Shown: positions 37,761-48,160 of the stretch, one piece after another
Layout of the letters: each line of letters begins with the position of its first letter
Position numbering within the stretch: the stretch's first letter is position 1
DNA from: Takakia lepidozioides
Taxonomy: Eukaryota > Plantae > Bryophyta
Length of the DNA stretch: 64,000 bases
Direction: 5' to 3'
Assembly: GCA_030704615.1 (NCBI GenBank)
Contig: CM060732.1
Location: forward strand, 51,274,001 to 51,338,000
Translations under genes and position numbers: made by a program
The notes under the pieces: model-generated
Told to the model about the DNA's origin: nothing
Databases searched by the model: none
The model's input: the letters and a program-made list of their open reading frames with translations, nothing else

Positions 37761-40700
37761 AAAAATGGTTTGTCTGCTTCTTTGCTTTGAAGACTGATGT
37801 ACATGGACAATCTTGGTTCAAGATGCATACATTCTAGCAGCTTACAGCCCTTTGGTGGTGGGACAAGAAGGGGGTGTTTCAAATCTCTTCTGCAGCTCGG
37901 CCAACTAGGAGAATGCAGGAATGACTGGACCAAAATGGAGTTGGCGGCACAGTTTTAAATCAATTGATGGTGTCATCAATTTTTTTTGAATTAACTCATT
38001 CTATATATATATATATATATATATCTATCTATCATTGGATTCCTAGCTTCAATACGCACCGATAGCAACTCTCCGATCATGAATCCGATAAGAAATGACA
38101 AAGGTATGGACTTTTGAAGACCATACAATGGACTTGTTTTCGCAGTGAATGGAATTACAATGGACTCAAGAAGTCCTATATGCCATTGGTCAATTCCATT
38201 GAAATTTGGACATAAGGTGGTCATTTTATGGATTTGAAGTGGCAAAATCCCTCTCCATTTGGTTCTTATGGACTAATATATGTCCCAAAAAGGTGGTTTA
38301 TTTTGCCAAGTCCATGGTGTACTTTGATTTTAAGGTGTCATATTTTACTACAAAGGATACAAAAATATAATCTACAACGGCTTGGTTGTATATAGACAAA
38401 TTGATGTAAATTCTAATTTTTGATATATCAAATTTTATTCAAATTAAAGACTAAAATTTATAGTAAAAATTATTTTTGATATTTGGGATAAGACCATTTA
38501 CTAAAAATGTTGAATATACCATCGTCTATCATCATTTGAATTATTTGGGGAAATATCGTCAACTTTAAATTTGGTCATGGACTTCCATGGAATGCAACAT
38601 CTGCCGTTTTTGGTCTAGTTATTCTTGCATTCACCCAGCTACTGGCCCAACCTCTGCTGTCAGTGTCTGCCAATTTGTGGGACATTCGAGGGTTGAAGTG
38701 CCAAGCGTACCCATGCATATGCAATATCAAATGTCATATATTATGTATGGTATTGACGTGCATGACTGACGACCTCTCCCGCGCGCAAACATGGAAGAGA
38801 GAGAGAGAGCGACGTCAAAGGGGCATGAAGTCTGACGACGAGGTGGCCGGTTAGGCTCAAGAACCGACCACCCGTAAAGAAATCACTAACTTGACGAGGG
38901 ATCAGCGGCCGATGGAAGATTTCCTTCCATTAACTAACTACCGGTAAGCGTAGGGTCCAACTCATACACTTATGGGGCAAAACATTTGTTCTAAATCTAG
39001 TTCTAGCTAATTTTGCCAACTCGGAAGTAGGCGCTCCAAATGGAGGGGATTTTCCGAGAAAGCTTAGGTACAGATTGCTTCACATTCACTCTCATGAGAC
39101 TTCATATGTGTGCCAGGGACATCATCTTTTCCACTATCCCGAGGGGAGAGAAAACCTATCCTAGCAAAAAAAAGACTCATACCAATAGTATCTTATTTTT
39201 TCACCTATTTTCTAAGTCATTTTATCCATTAGAACTAGATTTCTAAAAACAAAATAGAAAAAACACTATTTATGTAGGTTTTGTAATAAAAAATTAAAAT
39301 ATAAACTACATATTATCATAGTACTATTTCTATTTTCTTAGTTCTAGCGAATTTCTAATGAAAAATCCCATTTAAACTATTTAGTAATGCAGAAATATAA
39401 CTAATTCTAGAAAACAAAATAAAATTTAATGAATGAGAATGTTTAAAAACTCTCATTCTAGCTTCTTTATCATAAGAGCAATAGAGGATTGCAGTACTAA
39501 TAGTTTTGGGTGGATTAACGGTATTGATATTCATTTTATTTTCAATATGAATCTGTTAAATGTTTGATTTTATTGATGGATAATTATAATATATTAATAG
39601 ATCTATATTTTTATTATCCAAAATATAGACTAAAGACAAAATACAATATTAAGAGTTTTGATATTTCATTAACTATTATCATTGTCATATCTGATCTACA
39701 TGTAATCGTGAAATATCAGTAAATTGAAACGTGTTTATCATTAAATCAAAGTAATATTTGGGAGTGCTATAACATTTATATTGAATGTATGAAGAAACGA
39801 AAGAAAGAAAGAACGAACAAAGAAAATGCTAGAGCAGAATTGACAAAGATGAATTTCATAACTCATATTATTATTATTATCATTTCGGGGCAACCCGGGC
39901 AACTTCAAGAATGCTGTCCCTGGACAACCGTTTAGGCATTTTTGTGCCTAATAATAAATTCAATCAATTAGCAAATTAGGCACGTTTTGAAAACCATTTC
40001 TCACATTAGGCATCTTCATGCTATAATTTTTTAGAATTAGGCAAATGAGAAGAGAAACATTTATTTTCTTAAGAATCAAAATACAAAATAGATTCAACCC
40101 AATGCCCATAAGCCATTCCAAACTCCAGATACCCTTCATTTCCTTTGAAACCCTAAAAATGCCCCTTGTTGTTGTACGCGGTGCTCCAAGGCGGAAGCGG
40201 TGCTCCGATGCTCAAGCTCGTCCAGTGCTCACCAAGTCACTAGTGGTAAGCAAGCATCTTTACTTGATTTCAATGATGGGATGTGCTGGTACCGTGCATC
40301 ACGTATCGCTTCAGTGGACTCAGTAAGTAGACTTGGTCTAACCAGATATTTGAGCATGAGTGATAGCCCAAGGATGTACCGGTAGTACAACAACAAACTA
40401 GGCTTAATCTTCAATATTGGGAATCTTCTCAAATATATTATTCAAGGCCACAATTGTTCAAACGTCCAGTTTTTCAAAGGTGCAGTTTAACCCTTAAGCG
40501 CCCAGTGCCCAATGTTGACTTTTTGAAAAAAGTGGACCCCAGCTCAGAAAAATGAGAATATCTCAGCGAAAAAAAAGTTTTTGGGAAAATTGACCGGACA
40601 TTATGCTCATACCTACCCCTTCCAGACACCGGTAAATTTGCAGGCCAATCAGGCGAAAATCCGAGAAACGCCACCGTTGAGTGTGGGGCCCATTTTTTGG

Positions 40701-40885
40701 GCCCCTCCCAAAACAATAAGGGAAATTGGAGGAATTTGCAATTTTCACTGACGGGATGAAATCTGCAGGATCTCATCCTGCTTACAGGTGTTGTCCAGCA
40801 CATTGGCATTCTGATGAGCCATAGAATGCAAAAAATGGATTCATATTTTATGATTTACACCTGGTCAAAGTAAGGGGGGTCAAAA

Positions 40886-40937
40886 TGTGTGAGTGGGAAT
40901 TGAACCCAGTGGCCTGCCCCAACTGGCAGCTCACACA
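40886..40937 (-). ncRNA. Candidate anticodon-less tRNA-like structure, copy 1
   Basis: Minus strand TGTGTGA-G-CTGCC AGTTGG GGCAG-GCCA-CTGGG TTCAATT CCCAC-TCACACA, followed directly by TTTT. Expression is unproven. Confidence 0.5.
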
Positions 40938-41019
40938 AAGAAAGACCGACATGTGGCCAACACTAGCATCAAATCAGACTCAGAAAAACTAGAGATGAAC
41001 CCACATTTACACGCCGAAT

Positions 41020-41071
41020 TGTGTGAGTGGGAGTTGAACCCACTAACTTGCCCCAATTGGCAACTCACACA
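41020..41071 (-). ncRNA. Candidate anticodon-less tRNA-like structure, copy 2
   Basis: Minus strand TGTGTGA-G-TTGCC AATTGG GGCAA-GTTA-GTGGG TTCAACT CCCAC-TCACACA: 7-bp acceptor stem, 5-bp T stem, 7-nt TTCRANY loop. Expression is unproven. Confidence 0.5.
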
Positions 41072-41443
41072 TGAACACAAGGGGGGAGACTCCTCCCCAG
41101 GGAGGGAAGGAGTCTCCACCCTTGTGCGCACCCCCGCTTGACTAGGGGACTACCACGTAATTATACTAGACACAAAGAAAATGGACTCAGTCCTAATTGA
41201 CACACAAAATTGTTGCAGCAAAGACCTCGGAGCTACATGAACACTAAGGCAAAAAGCTGGAGTAGCAAACAAATCATTCAGATCAGGACTCAGTGAACCC
41301 CAATACTGCACAACCACAGAATTATACCTCTCCTTGGACTGTCAAGCGACTCTCTATGGCTGGATCCTCAGTACAAATGTTTCATGGCTACCAACAACAA
41401 ACCAACCCCCAAACACACCACTGCTTAGAAAAAGACAGAACAA

Positions 41444-43555
41444 TCAGAGAAGGCTATGGCTCTTGACAAAGCATCCTCCAAGGCACATATACACGTCTCC
41501 ACACGCGTGACAAAAATACCTTTGACGCATACCGCACTGAACACACTTCCTCCTCCTACTAGTCTTGAGGGAGAAATGCACAGACCCCGGGTTGGGCACA
41601 TCTGCCCCTGGCATTACTGTTCTCCTGGGAGGAACCCACCCCACAATTAGTCCCTTTGCAACCTCCAAATTGAAAAGCATGTGGCTAAGAGGAATGTGGC
41701 CCTTTCCCCTCATAAAACCCAGGTACAATATGTAAGCATTCACCAAAGAAGTGTCAACTCCATGAAAGTACAAGCGGTGCCACCATTTATGGTCCCTGGT
41801 CTGAACAGAGTAGTAACCCCGTAGCTGATCCTGAACATCCACTCCCCGCATATGCTGCTGGTAATGAACCACAATAGGGGAGGTAGGCACATCACGTCTT
41901 GCCCCTTTGTGCCATCTTTGTATGAAGCAATCAGGACCGACAGGGGAAATGGCAGTGGAAATCATGGTCACCAACTTGGCATCCATCCAGGCAATAGCGG
42001 CTACTTTGCCACTTATGTGAACACGATATTCCAGCCTACCTCTCTCACCCTTCTTCCCCAAATCAAGGCACGTAGGAAAACCCACTCGGGAGGTTTTTAC
42101 CGTGCCAGTAGCATAGATCTGTTTTGCTGCCAAATCATAGAACAGGATGGGGCTACTGAAAATTTTTTCCATCGTTACAATATGGCCCTTACCCTCAAAT
42201 CCTTCTAGTAACCTTGTCACCACGCCATATCCACTGCCATGGGTCATATCATTCCCATCATCCTTCCCAAGGTAAACCTCTAACTTCTGAACATATTTGG
42301 AACATGCACCACACAAACACCACACCTTCAGACCCCACTGCACAGGCTTCTTGCTCAGATATTGCTGGATTCGGGCATATTTGCCCTTGTACTTCACCAT
42401 TTGCTCATCCATAGTCAAATTCTGCTCGGGGCTCATGTAGGTGGCATACAAACCATTTAGTGCATGTAGCAACCACCTGGTTTTAGCTAAATTATCAAAA
42501 GCAGGGTCAGTGTCAATAGTGCATACATCCTTGTTGTCAACAAGGTGGAGGCACCTCAGAATTGCCTCCCATCGGTTGCGGGACATAATGCGCATGATGG
42601 AAGGGCAATTGAAGAAGGCATTGTTGGCTTTCCAATACAATCTAGTACTAGGCAATTTTTTGATTCCCATGAGCATGTGAACAGCAAGCCAAGCCTTCAA
42701 TTCACGGATGGTGATAGGGTACCACCATCTACCTCCTTTCAGGTTTCCATTCTGGTTTTCTGTCCGGGCATACAAGTTGGTCATGCTGCAAATTCGGCGC
42801 ATGACCGATAGTGGCCAAAACAAATTGAAAAAATCAACTGGATTTGCTGAATCTCCAAAAGGCAAACGAGGACCCGAATCCCCACCTAACCATGTAATGT
42901 CTGGCAATTCAGTAGCAGAGGAGTTCCACATGTCATCACCAAACAACTCAGCAGGACCCCACTGCTCCCAATTGGGCGGCAAATCATATAATCCCACCTC
43001 ACGCGTTGGATTCCCCGTGTCAACACAGTAGTCCATCAAGTCAGGATTGTCGATGTCAACAAGGTCATCATCTTCTGGATTATAGTCACAATCAGAATCT
43101 GATTCACTATCATCTACTTCCCCCTCAGGCAATTCAACTTCAGAATCCAACCCCAAGAGCTCAGGGATAGTGCACAACATTGAATCATCAAGATTACACA
43201 CAACACAGGACTGTGACGATACCACATGAACACCAAGGACACCAAAAAAAGAGACAGTATAATTTTTTGTACCATTCAGGATGTCCCATGTCTTGTCTAC
43301 CACAGTGCCATATCCAAATTCGTGGGCATTGCTAGACGATGCCACATCCTGAAGGTGCAGCTCAGCCACTGCCACCTTCACTGTGGATCCCAAAATCCCT
43401 ATGTCCTCTATAGTTTGGGAGTGACCAGCAGGATCACATAGTGGATTTTGAGAGTTGCGCAAGGAGTAGGTCGAATTGCCCATCTCATCACTCATGAAAT
43501 CAAAAGAGGGTTCAATACGATTACCTCTCTCCCTGGCTAGTTGTTTGAGCCTCAT
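41444..43555 (-). CDS. piggyBac transposase (DDE_Tnp_1_7-type, C-terminal Cys-rich domain), 703 aa
   Basis: PVDFFNLFW...TNLYA, MSRNRWEAI, LTMDEQMVKYKG, KPVQWGLKVW, YATGTV, WMDAKLV, MRGVDVQDQ, KWWHRL, C-terminal CVQC...CHAC...CLGGCF..H. Confidence 0.92.
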   Translation of the reverse strand: MRLKQLARERGNRIEPSFDFMSDEMGNSTYSLRNSQNPLCDPAGHSQTIEDIGILGSTVKVAVAELHLQDVASSSNAHEFGYGTVVDKTWDILNGTKNYTVSFFGVLGVHVVSSQSCVVCNLDDSMLCTIPELLGLDSEVELPEGEVDDSESDSDCDYNPEDDDLVDIDNPDLMDYCVDTGNPTREVGLYDLPPNWEQWGPAELFGDDMWNSSATELPDITWLGGDSGPRLPFGDSANPVDFFNLFWPLSVMRRICSMTNLYARTENQNGNLKGGRWWYPITIRELKAWLAVHMLMGIKKLPSTRLYWKANNAFFNCPSIMRIMSRNRWEAILRCLHLVDNKDVCTIDTDPAFDNLAKTRWLLHALNGLYATYMSPEQNLTMDEQMVKYKGKYARIQQYLSKKPVQWGLKVWCLCGACSKYVQKLEVYLGKDDGNDMTHGSGYGVVTRLLEGFEGKGHIVTMEKIFSSPILFYDLAAKQIYATGTVKTSRVGFPTCLDLGKKGERGRLEYRVHISGKVAAIAWMDAKLVTMISTAISPVGPDCFIQRWHKGARRDVPTSPIVVHYQQHMRGVDVQDQLRGYYSVQTRDHKWWHRLYFHGVDTSLVNAYILYLGFMRGKGHIPLSHMLFNLEVAKGLIVGWVPPRRTVMPGADVPNPGSVHFSLKTSRRRKCVQCGMRQRYFCHACGDVYMCLGGCFVKSHSLL

Positions 43556-43904
43556 CGTGGCTGGCAGAAGACGTCTGGAAGTCAGGCCAAACCTCGAGCC
43601 TCAAAATGTCGTTGACCTCTGCGGTGAACCCAAGGGGGTCTCCTTCCTCCTTGCGATCTACCCAACCCAAAATCTCTGCACAATGGCGCCTAAACAAGTA
43701 ACGAAAGTTGGAGGGCTGTGGAAATCCAGGCCAACGCACACGAGCAGGTCTCTTCAAACACAAGAGGTAGTCCTCATTCAGGCACCCGACAATCCGCTCG
43801 ACTTGCTCGGTTGATGCGCCCAGTGAGCGTGCCCACTTGGCAATCGATGCAGCTTGAGTCTCCAAATGCGCAGGTGCAGGGGGAGGCAACACACCCGAAC
43901 CCAT
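43521..43904 (-). CDS. Hypothetical 127-aa ORF upstream of and overlapping the piggyBac transposase start
   Basis: Open ATG-initiated frame inside the element on the same strand, with protein-like composition. Function unknown. Confidence 0.35.
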   Translation of the reverse strand: MGSGVLPPPAPAHLETQAASIAKWARSLGASTEQVERIVGCLNEDYLLCLKRPARVRWPGFPQPSNFRYLFRRHCAEILGWVDRKEEGDPLGFTAEVNDILRLEVWPDFQTSSASHDEAQTTSQGER

Positions 43905-45335
43905 CTTATACTATGTAGCTTCAACCTTCATCCACCAATTTGCATATGCACACAAGGATAAACACAAAGATGAGCTACACGATGCCCTAACTGCGCATAG
44001 TCTAGCTCAGGTATCAAACAATGAACATTGCCTTGAATGCGCACCCTGAGTATCAATGCAAAGCCGGCCCATCCTCTCTCACAGCTATGGCTCAGTCTCT
44101 GTAGCGGTGCCACAATTTCCAAGTTTCCTCAACTGAAAGAGAAAGAGATAATGGAAGATGCAATCGGAGCAGACCACCAACGACAACCTGTCAAGGCATC
44201 TGCAACGGCAACCTGCAACAAAGTATGGAACACGCGCGAACGCCACAACAGACGAGATCACAACACAAGGCAAAGCGCGGGAAGGAGAGAGACGACGCTG
44301 AAAACGCGGGAGCAAGCCAAAATCGCTGCAGAAGCAGACCCCACCTCCTGCGCAGCCAAAAATTGCAACCCTAACCAAAAAAAAAAACCTAATCGCGCGT
44401 TGGAATCCTGACTGCCATGTGGCTGGCATCCTACCCTCCAAAAATCAGGTTAATCGGTTCAAATCCGAGAAAAACAGAGGGGAAAAACCAAAACCAACGG
44501 CCGAAAACGGGTCGAATGGGTGCTTAAGGGTTAAGGAGGATAGCAGGAGGTGGGTAGATAAGGTGCAAAGAGGTTGGATAATAATTTGCAAACTCCTCAA
44601 TTTACTGAAGGGTGTTTTTGACACGGGGGTAATAAGTACCCTCCAAGAGCTTGTGATTTTGGTGCCAGTACAATACGAAGGGAATAGTGTATGTACCGGT
44701 AGTACAACCTATCACTTACTTATAGACTCTTATACACTCTATAATTTTATATGTGGGTCGATTGGTGCTGGCTATTAGGGGGACGGTAATATGAAGCAAT
44801 CAATGCTAGTGTCAAAGTTTACAAAAATTAGCAAGGAAGAGCATTTTGAGGCTATGAAAAGACAAAGAGAGCAAATTGAAGCTGAAGTGCGTCCACCCGA
44901 GACAATTCTGCCTGATCCATCATGACGGAGGAGGGTGGGACGTTCTCGTGAATGTGAAAACCATGTGACTCTTTTTTTGTCTTCAGTACTTGCTCAAGTT
45001 CCACCTGAAGCTACAATTCAGCCTAGTCGCGACATTCATTTAATGCAGGTTGCAAATGCCAACGAAAACATCGTGATGACTAGACCATTTGGTTCAGTGC
45101 ACAATTGTGGCCTCCTATTGAAGCTGCTATGAAGCGGCTTAAGAACCCCAAAACCCCAGGGAGGTAATAGACTACCTCTAACGTGCGTATAGGTTCTCGG
45201 GCCAATTTGTAAGTCCCTATGACGAGTTGGCTAGGTCATCATTGAGGAATTGGTTTGACACTGAAGGCGTCATGAAGAGTCATGTTCCTACCATGATCAA
45301 GAGAGGGGGAAGTTGGTTTCGCGGTTGGTGAGTCA

Positions 45336-46547
45336 TTGAATGCCGACATTGTTCAGCCTAATATCATTCTAGGTTGTCTACAAGCCAAGGCGCCTCATGT
45401 GTTGGGTATGGAGGAACATGCAAAAAGGTTCACAGTAAGCCTTAAATGGACCCGATGTTTCATGCAAGACCATTTGAATTGGAGCTATCGGAGAGTAAGT
45501 ACAGCCCACGGCAAGGTTCCAAACGATTGGGAGGCACACGGGACAACTATGGCTCATCGTATTGCATACCTTGTTAAGGTATATAATATTCCTCCCAGCC
45601 TGGTTATAAACACTGATCAAGCGAGGATACATCTTGTTCCTATGGCAGGAGAGAGAACGTGGGAAAGACGTGGGAAGAAAGATGTTGCGCAAATTGGTGT
45701 GGAAGATCAACGAGTTGTAACGGTTTGTGTTCCTTCCACTGCCGTTGGAAATTTGATCCATTTTCATATTGTGTTAAAAGGAAAGTCTGTTCGATCTTTA
45801 CCCAAGAGTCCAAAGACTCGTCGACTTCTCAAGCATGGCTGGCATTGGGCCATCTCTGACAATCATTGGTCCAATCAAAAGACTTGCCAACAATTTGTGG
45901 AGTTTGTTCTAATGCCTTACGTGAAGTTGGAAACACAACTTATTGGTTTACCTTCAGACCAAAAGGTCATTTGGCTCATTGATTGTTGGAACGTGCACAG
46001 GTCTACAGAGTTTAAAGCGTACATGCGAGATAATTACCCAAACATTTGTGTCATATATATTCCTGCCAATTGCACTTCTAAGCTACAGCCTGCCAATATG
46101 ATCTTGCAACGACCTCTTAAGTGTGCTTCTGCTGCACTATTCAAGACATGGTCATCACGTGAAATCCAATCGTAATTGGAAGCATGTGTGCCCGCTAAAG
46201 AGGTAGAGGTGAAGACGGACTTGCCTTCCACGCGTGAACGTGTAGCAATTTGGATATGGGAGGCTTGGGTGCAGGTGAATGTGCATACGAACATGATTGT
46301 TTCTGGGTGGGAACAATATGGGATTTTACGGGCTTTTGAGCACACTTCCCATGGAGAAGCTATGCGAGCAAATTTTGTAACCAATTTGTTTGCAATGAAT
46401 GACGATTTGGTGGACGGGAATGCTCAAGTCACTCATGATATCCCTGATATCTACCTTGACCTTGGTGTAGAGGAAACTATGTATAGATGTCTTGCAAATC
46501 TGCACATTGAAAATGAGGATATTCTTGATCTCAATGTGGTGGATTAG
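45336..46547 (+). pseudogene. pogo-like DDE_1 transposase remnant
   Basis: FTVSLKW..CFM...WSYRR (CENP-B HTH end), VINTDQ, WLIDCWNVH, PANCTSKLQPAN (third Asp replaced by Asn), in-frame stop at 46173. Confidence 0.85.
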
Positions 46548-47367
46548 GTAGATGGAGAGATTATATGATTAACGATGAGGATGAATATGATGACATTGTC
46601 GAGTCCATGCAGGGGCCTTTCGAAGTTACATGGAGCTCTCGCAAATAGATTGCGATTTGTAGGAAGTTATTTCCGCACGCACGTATTTGTATTGATTTTT
46701 GTGCAATGAAATTTTCATCTTATTACAAACAACATGGGAAGACGCTTGCAAGTTTTTTGCTGGAATTTTTGGGCATTAGGCACTTTGGTCCCATAGTTTC
46801 CGAAGAATTAGGCCAAAATCTGAAAATCTCCCAGAATTGGTTAGGCACGTCCATTTTGGATTAATTATCGCCTAAACGGTTGTGCAGGGACGGTGTATGC
46901 GACAATAACGTGATAGAGATGATGTCTTTTTTATTCTTTTATTGTTTTGGGCAATCTGGGCAGATTTAAAAGAAATGACAGCGATGATGTGGCACTATGG
47001 CGATGAGGTCGCACTGATGATGTGGCGACAATGATATGGCACTATGGCACCATATTCATGCTCTACACTAAAACTAGTCTCCTACCTTCCATGGTCGCTA
47101 GAGTGACATCCTGGGGCTATGATGTGCACCATTCTTGTGTTAAAGCAATTCTTATGTCCGAATGCTACGCTCAAACAGGCTCTGCATTACTTGACTACCA
47201 TATACTGTCCATGTCCATAGTTTACCATCAATACTCTTCTCTCAATTGGACCAAACCACCAACATTCCTTCTTACTTGTCTCTTTTGACCCATGAGGACT
47301 ATGTTCATTGGAGTTTATGTGGTTCATCACCAAGGCCAATTTATGTCCTAGATTGAAGTATAATTAT

Positions 47368-48160
47368 CCCTTAAAGGACGAGCTATTTTTTGGTGGGCCC
47401 ACTAAAAAAGAGTGCATACCCTTATGGAGGAGGGTGTAACTTCTTACCCCAAATCATCCATGGGGATGAACCTTATACTTATGTGCATATCTACTAGATC
47501 CATATCCTGTCAAAAATATAGCCAAATTGACCGTTGCATTCGGGAGATTATGACGGACTAATAGGCCCCAATTTGCAAATATATTAAAAAGTTGCATGGA
47601 AAAAATTGTTTGACCACAAAATTGAAGTATCGAGTTAGACAAAGGCCCTCCATAATCTGATTATATGGCACCTAAACTACTCCCTCCCCAAAAAATCAGA
47701 CAAAAATTCCAAAAATTCAGATAGGCTGCTTTGTATGTGAAATCTGGGGGGTAAATTTTCTTGTTTTGGCTTCTTTCCCAAGTAGTACACCCATGAGGTG
47801 ACATTTGTTTTCCAATTCCTCTGGTTCTTAAGTGCACAGTAACATTTCATGGTGCCCTCTTGAAAGTTTTTGGCATTCTGATAATTTTTCAGCCCTAGAT
47901 GTTATCTTGAAGATTGCCCATTTGATTGCCACGTAGGCAGGTCAATGGTGCTCTAACACTGGATTTCCTGAAACCCGCACTTTGCAAAATTCCAGGGAGC
48001 ATAGCTTTTACAATTTTTAGGTATAACTTCCCACATGTGCTCCTCTCTAACATCTACAATTCATCTTCAAGGTTCACTTCCATCCACTATCATCCATGGG
48101 AACTGGAGCGTGGCAAGTGATCTGACCCGACCCGATTGGGGTCGCGTCGTCCTTTAGGGG
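47368..48160. mobile_element. Non-autonomous TIR element (~790 bp), probably piggyBac-related
   Basis: TTAT|CCCTTAAAGGACGA ... TCGTCCTTTAGGGG|ATAA. The first 7 nt equal the piggyBac TIR at 40491. No ORF. Confidence 0.55.

Larger units (their letters stand above)
40491..44530 (-). mobile_element. Structurally complete piggyBac DNA transposon (4040 bp)
   Basis: TTAA at 40487-40490 and 44531-44534. TIRs CCCTTAAGCGCCCA / revcomp CCCTTAAGCACCCA (13/14). Contains an uninterrupted transposase ORF. Confidence 0.95.
39914..46893 (+). mobile_element. pogo/Tc1-mariner-type (DDE_1) DNA transposon, decayed, with nested piggyBac
   Basis: 24-bp TIRs (CTGTCCCTGGACAACCGTTTAGGC at 39914 vs revcomp of 46870-46893, 22/24 match). 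Transposase remnant at 45336-46547. Confidence 0.85.

Noticed and set aside
40886-41071. Functional tRNA genes
   Set aside because: There is no anticodon arm (4-nt linker) and each unit is only 52 nt. Kept as tRNA-like structures instead.
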